From assembly GCA_035308185.1 (NCBI GenBank), contig DATGHG010000186.1, positions 1 through 60,622 on the forward strand: a stretch of 60,622 bases of DNA, given 5' to 3'. Source of the stretch: Thermoanaerobaculia bacterium. Its GTDB lineage: Bacteria; Acidobacteriota; Thermoanaerobaculia; Multivoradales; UBA5704. The position numbers and the translations under genes were made by a program. The notes beneath the pieces were generated by a model that worked only from the letters and a program-made list of their open reading frames with translations, was not told the origin of the DNA and ran no database searches. Below are positions 35,988 to 44,041 of this stretch, in pieces (the stretch's first letter is position 1; each line of letters opens with the position of its first letter).

Positions 35988-36391
35988 CGGTCCTGGTCGA
36001 CGCGAACGTCCTCAGCGAGGCGGCGAGGCCCGAACCCGACGCCAGGGTCCTGGCGTGGCTGGCTCGTCACGAGCCGGAGATCGCCGTCGACCCCGTCATT
36101 CTCGGCGAGATCCGTTTCGGCATCCTGCTGCTGCCGATCGGGAAGCGTCGCGCACGCTTGGAGCAGTGGTTCCACGACGGCATCCAGAGGATCTACTGCA
36201 TCCCATGGGAGGCTGCGACGGGCCTGCGTTGGGCTCGACTCCTCGCCGAACTGCGTGCCGGCGGCCGCTCGATGCCGATCAAGGACAGCCTGATCGCGGC
36301 GACGGCCCTGACCCATGGCTTTGCGATCGCGACCCGCAACCGGCGCGACTTCGCGCCGGCAGGGGTCGAGATCGTCGATCCGTTCGCCTGA
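35984..36391 (+). CDS. vapC: PIN-domain toxin (VapC-like)
   Basis: TTG start overlaps the vapB TGA (TTGA). LVDANVL..., DPVILGEI, KDSLIAATAL and TRNRRDF give the PIN acidic-residue pattern. Confidence 0.85.
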   Translation: MTVLVDANVLSEAARPEPDARVLAWLARHEPEIAVDPVILGEIRFGILLLPIGKRRARLEQWFHDGIQRIYCIPWEAATGLRWARLLAELRAGGRSMPIKDSLIAATALTHGFAIATRNRRDFAPAGVEIVDPFA

Positions 36392-36429
36392 GCCCGAGAC
36401 CGCTCGGCGACCGCGGCGGCAGCCGCCGC

Positions 36430-37350
36430 CTACGGGCAGGTGAGCGCGCTGGTGTCCTGCTCCGGCGGCGCTGGCGTCAGGTCGATGTTGCTGTAGGTGG
36501 CCTGGTGCCCGGTCTTGGTGTCGGTGACGTTGACCTTGAAGCCGACGTTGGTGCCGGCCGAGTAGAACACCCAGAACCTGTTGTTGACCGGACAGCCGTT
36601 GAACACCTTGATCAGCATCTCCGGATTCGTGGGGCTGAAGAACCAGAAGATGCCGCCTTCGGTGATGCCGAGGGAGGCCAGGGGGATGGCGCCGCCGTTG
36701 CCCGAGCTGCCGCCGCCCTGGCTGGTCGCGAAAGTGGTGGTGATCTGGAAACGCTTGTCGCCCGGCAGGTCGTCGATGCACAGGGTCTGGCCGTTGGCCA
36801 CGCAGCCCGGAGGTCCGGTGGTGACGTTGTCGGTGATGGTGGTGGCGACGCTGATGCCGTTCGGCGTCGTCGAGGTGCCGACGGTCTCCTCGTCACCGGC
36901 GCAGACGTCGGTCTGAAGGTTGAAGTTCACTCCGCCGGGTCCGCTCACCAGACCGTGAGAGAAGAACACCGTGTCACCGGAGGTGAAAGCCGGATCCGCG
37001 AAGGTCCAGGTCACCGCCGTGTCGGTGCCGTTCGCCAGCGTCAAGGTCTTGCTGAGCGTGGCGCCGATCTGCGGTCCGGTCGGCGAGCCGTCGTGGGCGG
37101 TCAAGGTCAGCGAGTACATGCCGTCCGTGTCGGTCGTGTAATAGATCAGCACGGTGTGAATGTTGGTCGCATGTAAGTTCTGCACGAAGAAATCATTGAA
37201 AATCGAATCGTGGTTGCCGTTGTCGCCCGAGCTGGGGCAGCTGAAAACCGTCGTCACGCCGGCCTGCAGCGGCGCGACGGCGGCGAGCAGGATGGCCATC
37301 GCCAGCGCCGGCGCCAGCAGCCGGCGGTCCAATCGCAGCGCTCCGTCCAT
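36430..37350 (-). CDS. Secreted hypothetical protein
   Basis: It has a signal peptide (LAMAILLAAVAPLQAG). The body is rich in Thr, Gly and Asn. The C-terminal module is LCIDDLPGDKRFQITTTF...GGIFWFFSPTNPEMLIKVFNGCPVNNRFWVFYSAGTNVGFKVNVTDTKTG. GC is visibly lower than in the flanks. Confidence 0.75.
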   Translation of the reverse strand: MDGALRLDRRLLAPALAMAILLAAVAPLQAGVTTVFSCPSSGDNGNHDSIFNDFFVQNLHATNIHTVLIYYTTDTDGMYSLTLTAHDGSPTGPQIGATLSKTLTLANGTDTAVTWTFADPAFTSGDTVFFSHGLVSGPGGVNFNLQTDVCAGDEETVGTSTTPNGISVATTITDNVTTGPPGCVANGQTLCIDDLPGDKRFQITTTFATSQGGGSSGNGGAIPLASLGITEGGIFWFFSPTNPEMLIKVFNGCPVNNRFWVFYSAGTNVGFKVNVTDTKTGHQATYSNIDLTPAPPEQDTSALTCP

Positions 37351-37459
37351 GACTTCCTCCTTCGTGAAGGGGACCGTACCGAGCTTGAGGCGTCATGCAG
37401 CGACGAGATGTTACCGCCGGCTGCCGTGGAAGGCCAGACTTGGGCTACGATACCGGGCC

Positions 37460-38449
37460 ATGCTCAGCGCCAAAGCGATCCTGTTCGCGACTCTCGGGGT
37501 GGTTGCCGCGGTCTACGTCGCCATCTGGGCGGCGAGCCTGATCCGTACTCGGCGTGATGGCGCCGCGCCCGCGCCCGGGCCGGATGGGGCCGAGGACGAA
37601 CGCGAGGGCCACGCAGGGGCCCCGGAGCTCGGCGTCGTCGGCTTCGTGGTGAACTTCTTCGACACCCTCGGCATCGGCTCGTTCGCCACCACCACCTCCT
37701 TCTTCAAGCTGCGGCGCCTGGTGCCGGACCGGCTCATCCCCGGCACCCTCAACGTCGGCCTCGCCCTGCCGACCGTCGCCCAGGCCCTGATCTACATCAC
37801 GATCGTGGAGGTGGACATGCGCACCCTGGTGCTGATGATCGCCGCGGCGGTCGTCGGCGCCTGGCTCGGCGCCGGAGTCGTCGCCGGCTGGCCGCGGCGC
37901 AACGTCCAGATCGGCATGGGGATCGCGCTGCTGCTGGCGGCGGTCCTGATGCTGGGAACCCAGCTGCAGCTGTTCCCGCTCGGCGGCGACGCCCTCGGGG
38001 TCCTGGGCACCCGCATGGCGATCGCGCTGGCCGGCAACTTCGCGCTCGGCGCGCTGATGACCCTGGGGATCGGCCTCTACGCTCCCTGCATGATCCTGGT
38101 CAGCATGCTGGGCATGAACCCGAAAGTGGCCTTCCCGATCATGATGGGCTCGTGCGCCTTCCTGATGCCGGTCGGCAGCATCCGCTTCATCCGCAAGCGG
38201 GCCTACGCGCCGCGCGCCGCCGTCGGCCTGGCCCTGGGCGGGATCCCGGCCGTCCTCCTCGCCGCCTACGTCGTGCGCTCGCTGCCGCTGGGCGCCGTGC
38301 GCTGGCTGGTGGTCGTGGTGGTGCTCTACACCGCCATCGCGATGCTGTGGTCGGCGCGCGCCGGCAAGCCGCTCGCCGCGCTCGCGCCGCAGGTCGCCCT
38401 CGAGCCGCCGGCGCCCGGCGCCTCTCCCGGCGACGCCGGCGCCTCGTAG
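37460..38449 (+). CDS. TauE/SafE-family anion exporter-like membrane protein
   Basis: It has 7-8 TM helices and Gly-rich helices (GFVVNFFDTLGIGSFA, LGIGLYAPCM). The family call is from memory. Confidence 0.7.
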   Translation: MLSAKAILFATLGVVAAVYVAIWAASLIRTRRDGAAPAPGPDGAEDEREGHAGAPELGVVGFVVNFFDTLGIGSFATTTSFFKLRRLVPDRLIPGTLNVGLALPTVAQALIYITIVEVDMRTLVLMIAAAVVGAWLGAGVVAGWPRRNVQIGMGIALLLAAVLMLGTQLQLFPLGGDALGVLGTRMAIALAGNFALGALMTLGIGLYAPCMILVSMLGMNPKVAFPIMMGSCAFLMPVGSIRFIRKRAYAPRAAVGLALGGIPAVLLAAYVVRSLPLGAVRWLVVVVVLYTAIAMLWSARAGKPLAALAPQVALEPPAPGASPGDAGAS

Positions 38450-38478
38450 CGCCGGCGCCGCCGCCGCTCCGGCCGCGG

Positions 38479-40749
38479 CTACATGAAGTGGAACACCAGC
38501 GTGCCCCGGAAAGAACGGCCGTTCAGGCGATAGAACTGCTCGGGCCCCAGCTCGCTGGCGGCGATCGGCGCCCGCGAGTCGTTCAGGTTCCAGCCGTCGA
38601 GACGCGCCTCCCAACCGGCGAAGCGGTAGCTGACTCCCGCCGACCAGGTCGCATAGGACGCCGCCAGCGCGGTGTTCTCCGGGTCGAGGAAGCGGCTGCC
38701 GGTGTAGTTGATCGTCGCCCAGCCGGAGATTCCGGACGCCGGCCGGTAGACGAGACCCAACGCCGCCAGGTCGTGCGCCGACAGCGGCAACCGGTCGCCG
38801 GCCAGCTGCTCGAGCACGCCGTCGTCGGAGAGCGCCAGGAAATCGGTGTACTTGGCGTCGTGGTAGCTGTAGGTGCCCTGCAGCCGCAGGTCGCCGGCCA
38901 GGCGGTAGTCGGCTTCGAGCTCGATCCCCTTGAAGCGCTCCTTGCCGGCATTCACCAGCTCGGGATTGCCGAACTGGTCGACCTGCCCCACCACCAGGTT
39001 GCTGAAGTCCATCTGGAAGAGGCTCGCCTCCCAGTCGAAGCGGCCGCCCAGGTGCCGGCCCTTGAGGCCGAGCTCGAAGCTCTGGGAGGTCTCCGGCTTG
39101 AGGATGACGCCGTTGACGTCCGGGCCGAAGTCGAGCGCCGCCGGCTTGAAGGTGTTGCGGTAGTCGCCGTAAGCCCAGATCGCGCCGTCGGAGTTCTCCC
39201 AGGTGAGGTAGCTCAGGCCGGCGGCGCCGCTACCGCGGGTGACGGTGCGGCTGGCGCTGCCGGGGCCGACCGAGACGTCCTTGGCGATCGCGGCTGGCGG
39301 CGCCGAGACGGCGCCGGCGCTCAGCGGCAGCGCCGCCGGCACCAGGTTGACGGAGGTGGCGACGAGGCTCTCGTGGGTGTGGTTGAGACGGGCGCCGACA
39401 TGCACCCGCCAGCGGCGTTCCGGCGTCCACTCGGTCTGCGCGTAGAGGCCCGCGAAGCTGCGGGTGTCGTGCAGGTCGGTGGTGCCGAACGGCGAGAAGG
39501 TATTGATGTCCGGAGGATTGGTGCCGTTGACGTTCTGGAAGTAGTCCCAGTCGCCGGAGGCGTTGTGCGACTTGCCGTACAGCTCGTCCACGCCGGTGAT
39601 CAACCGCAGGTCGCGGTTGAGGTCCAGCGCCAGGTGGGAGTCGAAATAAAGGTCGTCGAGGTCGAGGTGCTGCCGGATGCCGTGATCGTCCGGGTTGTCG
39701 CCGGTCACGTTCTCGAGAAAGCCGCGCCCGACCGTCTGATCGGTGTGAGCGCCGGAGATCAGCGTCGACCAGGTGCCGGCCGAAAGCTTCTGATCGAAGC
39801 CGAGGTTGAGCTGCTGGCGGTTGACGTCGACCTTGTCGTTGAGCGGGTTCTGGTTGCTGTCGATCGGCACCAGCGACGTCAGCTTGCCGTCGACCAGCGG
39901 CGTCGGGCTGAACGGCTGCTGGTCGACGATCGCGTCGTCGAAATCGACGTGGAAGGTGCCGCCCGCGGCGGTGGCCAGGCTGCCGCGGTAGAGCAGGTGG
40001 CCGCGACCCCAGCCGGTGCGGTCCTGGCTGAAGCCCTGCTGCTCGCCGTTGACGATCAGCGACTGCTGGTAGCTGCCGAGCGCCGGCAGCGGTGAGCTGG
40101 CGGCGCCGCCGCCCGAGCCGTAGCTGCCGCCCCAGGCGCTGACGCTGGCTCCGGGCGCGCCCGGTTGACGGTGGATGATCTGGATGACGCCGACGAAAGA
40201 GGTGGCGCCGTACATGACCGGCGCCGAGCCGCGCAGCACCTCGATACGATCGATGTCGGTCAGGTCGAGCGTCGAGAGCGCCGGGTTGAACGCGCCTCCC
40301 CAGGGCACTCCGTCCACCACCAACAGGAAGGCGTCGAACTCGCGCAACCCCCAGATCTCCGGGATGGAGCTGGCGGAACCGGCGTCGCCGCCCTGGGCGA
40401 TGGTGACTCCCGCGACGTTGGACAGGGCGTCCGCGAGGGTGGTGGCGCCGCGCGCCCTGATGTCCTCGCCGGTGACGACGGTGACTGAGGCGGGTACCGA
40501 CTCGACGTCCTCGGGGACGCGCGTGGCGGTGACCTGGATGGTTTCGGAGACGGCGGGCGCGCCGTTGGCAACGGCGGGGGTCTGATCCTGGGCGGCGGCG
40601 GGCGGCTGTGCCGTCGCCGGCGTCGGGTGGGAAAGGCATGCGACCGCCACCAGGGCGGCAATGGGCAGCACGGCGGCCGGCAGGCGACGGCCCGCGGCAA
40701 TCGGGAAACGCATGGCAGACCTCCTCGAAAGCGAACGCCCCGCAACCAT
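38479..40749 (-). CDS. TonB-dependent receptor
   Basis: It has a signal peptide and a plug domain (TIQVTATRVPEDVESVPASVTVV..., IDRIEVLRGSAPVMYGATSF), followed by a long beta-barrel with alternating aromatic residues. Confidence 0.9.
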   Translation of the reverse strand: MVAGRSLSRRSAMRFPIAAGRRLPAAVLPIAALVAVACLSHPTPATAQPPAAAQDQTPAVANGAPAVSETIQVTATRVPEDVESVPASVTVVTGEDIRARGATTLADALSNVAGVTIAQGGDAGSASSIPEIWGLREFDAFLLVVDGVPWGGAFNPALSTLDLTDIDRIEVLRGSAPVMYGATSFVGVIQIIHRQPGAPGASVSAWGGSYGSGGGAASSPLPALGSYQQSLIVNGEQQGFSQDRTGWGRGHLLYRGSLATAAGGTFHVDFDDAIVDQQPFSPTPLVDGKLTSLVPIDSNQNPLNDKVDVNRQQLNLGFDQKLSAGTWSTLISGAHTDQTVGRGFLENVTGDNPDDHGIRQHLDLDDLYFDSHLALDLNRDLRLITGVDELYGKSHNASGDWDYFQNVNGTNPPDINTFSPFGTTDLHDTRSFAGLYAQTEWTPERRWRVHVGARLNHTHESLVATSVNLVPAALPLSAGAVSAPPAAIAKDVSVGPGSASRTVTRGSGAAGLSYLTWENSDGAIWAYGDYRNTFKPAALDFGPDVNGVILKPETSQSFELGLKGRHLGGRFDWEASLFQMDFSNLVVGQVDQFGNPELVNAGKERFKGIELEADYRLAGDLRLQGTYSYHDAKYTDFLALSDDGVLEQLAGDRLPLSAHDLAALGLVYRPASGISGWATINYTGSRFLDPENTALAASYATWSAGVSYRFAGWEARLDGWNLNDSRAPIAASELGPEQFYRLNGRSFRGTLVFHFM

Positions 40750-40864
40750 GGCGGAGGCGCCGGAGATTGACGCGGCGGCACCGCGGCGCGGCAGCTCGGG
40801 CGACGAGCTGGCGCCGCGGCGGCGGCGGTGTGAGACGGCGTCGATCGCGAGCGGGAGGAGGGGT

Positions 40865-41713
40865 CTACTCGTTCAGCCGGCTGGTCTGCAGCATCCTGTC
40901 GATCGGCGGCAGGGTTTCGTGCCGCTCGAGCCGCGGGGCGGCCGCGGTGGTGCGGGGTGGGGAGCCCCAGGGGGCTCGCCGCGCCGGCGCGGGCGGCTCG
41001 GTTCGCGCCGGCCTGCCGGCCAGCGTCGCCGGCTCGCGAGCGAGCTCGGGCTCGCGCCAATCCCCGTCGAGAGCCGGGAACACGGCGACCATCTGGCGTC
41101 GTGCGGTGTCGCGCCGCGATCCTTCCGCCCAGACGGTGACGCCCTGGTCGCCGGGGCGCGCCGCCTCGCCAGGGTGCGGGGCGAGCACCGCGCGCGCCGC
41201 TAGGGTCGGCGGCAGCGCAATGGTCGCCGGGTTCGCCGGATTCGCCGGGATCGCGGTGTTCGCCGGGATCGCCGGGGTCGTGGTGAGGGCGCTGATCGGG
41301 GTGCCTGGCGAGATGGTGAAGCGCTGCGGCAGCTCGATCACGGTCTCGCGGCGCTCGTCGCCGAAGCGCAGCAGTAGCCGCACGTCCGCCGAGGCGGTGT
41401 CGGGCACGTCCCAAAGGACCTGCCGGAGATCGCTGTCGAGATGGGGGGTGATGCGGAAGCCGTAGCTCTTGCCGCCGTCGAGCGAGAGGAACGCCTCCCA
41501 TTCCTCGCTGGCCGGCAGGGCCGCCAACCCGGGGCGCGGCGCCCACTGCAGGACCGCTTTCGCGCCGGCGACGAGCGGGATGGCCGCCTGCGGCGCCAGC
41601 AGCTCGATCGCCGGCCCGGCCGGCGGCGCCGCTGCCGCCCCCGCGGCAGCGGGGGAGTGGGCGACGGCGGCCACCATCACCGCCGGCAGCAGCCAGCCGG
41701 GAAGCGTCCTCAT
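40865..41713 (-). CDS. Secreted hypothetical protein (Ig-like N-terminal module, Pro/Ala/Thr-rich linker)
   Basis: The start is taken at MRTLPGWLLPAVMVAAVAHSPAAA (signal). The segment VLQWAP...EEWEAFLSLDGGKSYGFRITPHL...VLWDVPDTASADVRLLLRF is beta-sandwich-like. Confidence 0.6.
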   Translation of the reverse strand: MRTLPGWLLPAVMVAAVAHSPAAAGAAAAPPAGPAIELLAPQAAIPLVAGAKAVLQWAPRPGLAALPASEEWEAFLSLDGGKSYGFRITPHLDSDLRQVLWDVPDTASADVRLLLRFGDERRETVIELPQRFTISPGTPISALTTTPAIPANTAIPANPANPATIALPPTLAARAVLAPHPGEAARPGDQGVTVWAEGSRRDTARRQMVAVFPALDGDWREPELAREPATLAGRPARTEPPAPARRAPWGSPPRTTAAAPRLERHETLPPIDRMLQTSRLNE

Positions 41714-41829
41714 GGGCCCGATTACTTTACCACCCGCCCCCGCCCCCGCCACCGGCGAGCCGTGGCAAGCGGCGGTAGTGGGTCAGTTCGAACCGTGGCA
41801 GCCGGCGGGCCGCCCCGGCTGAGGCGAGG

Positions 41830-41859
41830 GGGGCCGGGCTCCCCGCTACGCCCGGCCCC
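41830..41859 (-). terminator. GC-rich hairpin just downstream of the small peptide gene
   Basis: GGGGCCGGG-(11 nt)-CCCGGCCCC begins about 13 nt after the TGA. There is no U-tract, so it may be a stabiliser or an attenuator rather than a classic terminator. Confidence 0.35.
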
Positions 41860-41871
41860 TTCCGTCTGCCT

Positions 41872-42036
41872 TCAGTCGCATCCGTGGCAGCTGCAGGTGC
41901 CCTTGTAGGTGGCCGTGGTGCACGTGCAGGAGCAGGCGGTCGCCGCCGTGACCCCGCCGGCAGCCTGCTGGAGGACGGACAGCTGCAGCAGCGTCTCGCG
42001 GTTGAGGTGGATGGTGGCCTGCCGTTGCTTCTTCAT
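41872..42036 (-). CDS. 54-aa peptide with a Gly-Gly leader-like N-terminus and a Cys/Ser/Thr-rich C-terminus
   Basis: MKKQRQATIHLNRETLLQLSVLQQAAGG-VTAATACSCTCTTATYKGTCSCHGCD. GGGGAGGA lies 7 nt upstream of ATG 42036. GC3 is very high, consistent with native coding. The 77-aa track ORF extends upstream without an RBS. Confidence 0.6.
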   Translation of the reverse strand: MKKQRQATIHLNRETLLQLSVLQQAAGGVTAATACSCTCTTATYKGTCSCHGCD

Positions 42037-42060
42037 GACGGATTCCTCCCCGGGATCCGA

Positions 42061-42108
42061 CATCGGCACCGGTGCCGATGCTGGCTGAAAGAGTGGTGCC
42101 GGCACACC
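42061..42108. promoter_or_regulatory. Perfect 20-bp palindrome plus a related near-palindrome in the leader of the peptide gene
   Basis: CATCGGCACCGGTGCCGATG at 42061..42080 and GGTGCCGGCACACC at 42095..42108. Both are built from GGCACC/GGTGCC half-sites. Confidence 0.4.
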
Positions 42109-42186
42109 GGCGATCCGGCATTCCGCTCGCCCTTCGCGGCGACGACGGGTATTGCCCTCAGGATGCCGCCCCGGCGGCGGCGGTGA

Positions 42187-43317
42187 TCAGCGGGAGGCGC
42201 AGGCTTCGATCTCGAGGTCCTGTGCCGGCGCGCCGCCGTCCTCGCGCCGCTCGCCGCCCTGGCGCGCGGCGCCGCCGGCAGAAGCGCTGGTGATCAGCGC
42301 CACGCCGCCGAGGATGATGGCGGCGCCGGCCAGCATGCCGGCCGTGACCGGCTCGTGCGCCATCGCCCAGCCGAGGAACACCGCCACCACCGGGTTGACG
42401 TAGGCGTAGGTCGACACCAGGACCGGCGAAGCCGAGCGCAGCAGCCAGGTGTAGGCGGTGAAGCCGATCAGCGAGCCGAAGACGATCAGATACAGGACCG
42501 CCAGCGCCGAGCCGGTGGACACCTGCGACAGCGCCAGGTGCGCCGGCTCGCCGGTCAGCGCGCCGGCGGCGAAGAGCAGGACGCCGCCGCACAGCATCTG
42601 CATGGCGGTGGCGAGCAGCGGCGATCTCGGCAGCGTGGCGCGCTGGACGTACAGCGAGCCCGCCGCCCAGCTGACCGACGCGATCAGCACCGCCACCACG
42701 CCCAGCCGATCGACGGCGGCGCCGCCGGCGTGACCGGGCCGCACCAGCAGCACCAGGCCGGCCATCCCGACCAGCAGGCCGGCGACGACGCGCGGCCCGG
42801 GGCGCCTGCCGCCGCGTCGCAGCCAGGCGAACAGCACGATCCACATCGGCTCCGAGCAGATCAGCAAGGCCGCCATGCCGGAGCTCACCCGCTGCTCCGC
42901 CCACACCACGCCGCCGTTGCCGAGCAGCAACAGCAGGCCGCCGATGATCGCCGTCGAGCGCCAGTGCTCGAGCCGCGGCCGCGGGGCGCCGCGCAGCCGG
43001 GCGAAGGCGTAGAGCAGGACGCCGGCGGTGAAGTGGCGGGTGGCGGCCATGGTGAAGGGCGGGATGGTGGCGATCGCCAGGCGCATCGCCAGGTAGGTCG
43101 AGCCCCACAGCACGTAGACCGTGACCAGGGCGATGGCGACGTGCAGCATCGGCGCCGCGGCGGCGGCGGGAGCGTTCGCCGACGCCGTGGGCGCGGTCGG
43201 CGCCATGGTTGCGGGCGCCGCCGCGAGCGCTATCTTCGCGGCGGCCGAGGTTGCCGCGGCGGGTGAGGTGCCGGTGCCGGCCGCGGCTGCCGCGGTGCCC
43301 GCTCGTTCGGCGGTCAC
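42187..43317 (-). CDS. EamA/DMT-family transporter
   Basis: LWGSTYLAMRLAI... with 10 TM helices and duplicated EamA halves. The Ala-rich N-terminus suggests the true start is nearer MLHVAIALV. Confidence 0.85.
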   Translation of the reverse strand: MTAERAGTAAAAAGTGTSPAAATSAAAKIALAAAPATMAPTAPTASANAPAAAAAPMLHVAIALVTVYVLWGSTYLAMRLAIATIPPFTMAATRHFTAGVLLYAFARLRGAPRPRLEHWRSTAIIGGLLLLLGNGGVVWAEQRVSSGMAALLICSEPMWIVLFAWLRRGGRRPGPRVVAGLLVGMAGLVLLVRPGHAGGAAVDRLGVVAVLIASVSWAAGSLYVQRATLPRSPLLATAMQMLCGGVLLFAAGALTGEPAHLALSQVSTGSALAVLYLIVFGSLIGFTAYTWLLRSASPVLVSTYAYVNPVVAVFLGWAMAHEPVTAGMLAGAAIILGGVALITSASAGGAARQGGERREDGGAPAQDLEIEACASR

Positions 43318-43928
43318 GGGACCTCCCCCGCCAGGGTGACGAGCGCCGCGGCGTGGTGGTCGCCGGCGGTTTCGAGGGCTGCCGCGGCGGCTGCCGTCTC
43401 GGCGGCGGTCCGGCCAGCCGCCGCCAGGTCGGTGGTGGTGCCGACGGCGGTGCCGGCATCCAGCGGGCCGGCGTCGAGCGGCAGGTGGGTGGTCTCGTGC
43501 AAGGTCTCCAGCACGATGGTGGTGCGGGTCGAAGTGAGATTGGCGCTGGCGGCGAAGCGCTCGCGGAGCAGCCGCCCCAGGCTGCGAGCGTCGCGGACCC
43601 GCGCCTTGACCAGGAAGCAGTCCTCGCCGGCGAGATGGTGGACTTCCTGCACCTCGTCGATCCGGGCCAGCATCTCACCGGTGCTCAGCTCGCCGCCGAT
43701 GTCTCGGGTGCGCACGAAGATATAGGCGAGGAGGTTGAGGCCCAGGGCCTCGGGATCGATTCGCACCTCGTAGCCCCTGATCACGCCGCGGCTCTCGAGC
43801 TTGCGGATACGCTCCAGCACCGCCGACGGCGCCATGTGGATCTGCCGCGCGATCTCGGCGTTCGAAACGCGGGCGTTCTGCTGAAGGATCGTCAGGATCT
43901 CGCGGTCGGTAGCGTCGATCATGCGCAT
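43314..43928 (-). CDS. Lrp/AsnC-family transcriptional regulator with an Ala/Thr-rich tail
   Basis: DREILTILQQNARVSNAEIARQIHMAPSAVLERIRKLESRGVIRGY plus a RAM domain. 4-nt overlap with the EamA start. Confidence 0.9.
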   Translation of the reverse strand: MRMIDATDREILTILQQNARVSNAEIARQIHMAPSAVLERIRKLESRGVIRGYEVRIDPEALGLNLLAYIFVRTRDIGGELSTGEMLARIDEVQEVHHLAGEDCFLVKARVRDARSLGRLLRERFAASANLTSTRTTIVLETLHETTHLPLDAGPLDAGTAVGTTTDLAAAGRTAAETAAAAAALETAGDHHAAALVTLAGEVP

Positions 43929-44041
43929 TTTCCTCCCGGAGAGAGACGATAGCTGACCCGAAAAGCGATTGCAAGCACTTCGTCGGCAACAGCGTAGCAA
44001 AGCCGAACGAACGTCGGCGCTTCGGCGTCAATTGCGCTGAA

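Noticed and set aside
38479-42036. Methanobactin-like (MbnA plus TonB receptor) interpretation of the Cys-rich peptide
   Set aside because: No MbnB/MbnC-like (DUF692-type) genes lie nearby, and the peptide is longer than, and unlike, the known MbnA cores I remember. Only the generic metallophore idea is retained.
41872-42105. 77-aa version of the peptide ORF starting at ATG 42105
   Set aside because: There is no RBS, and it would run through the 20-bp palindrome. The internal ATG 42036 has a strong GGGGAGGA RBS.
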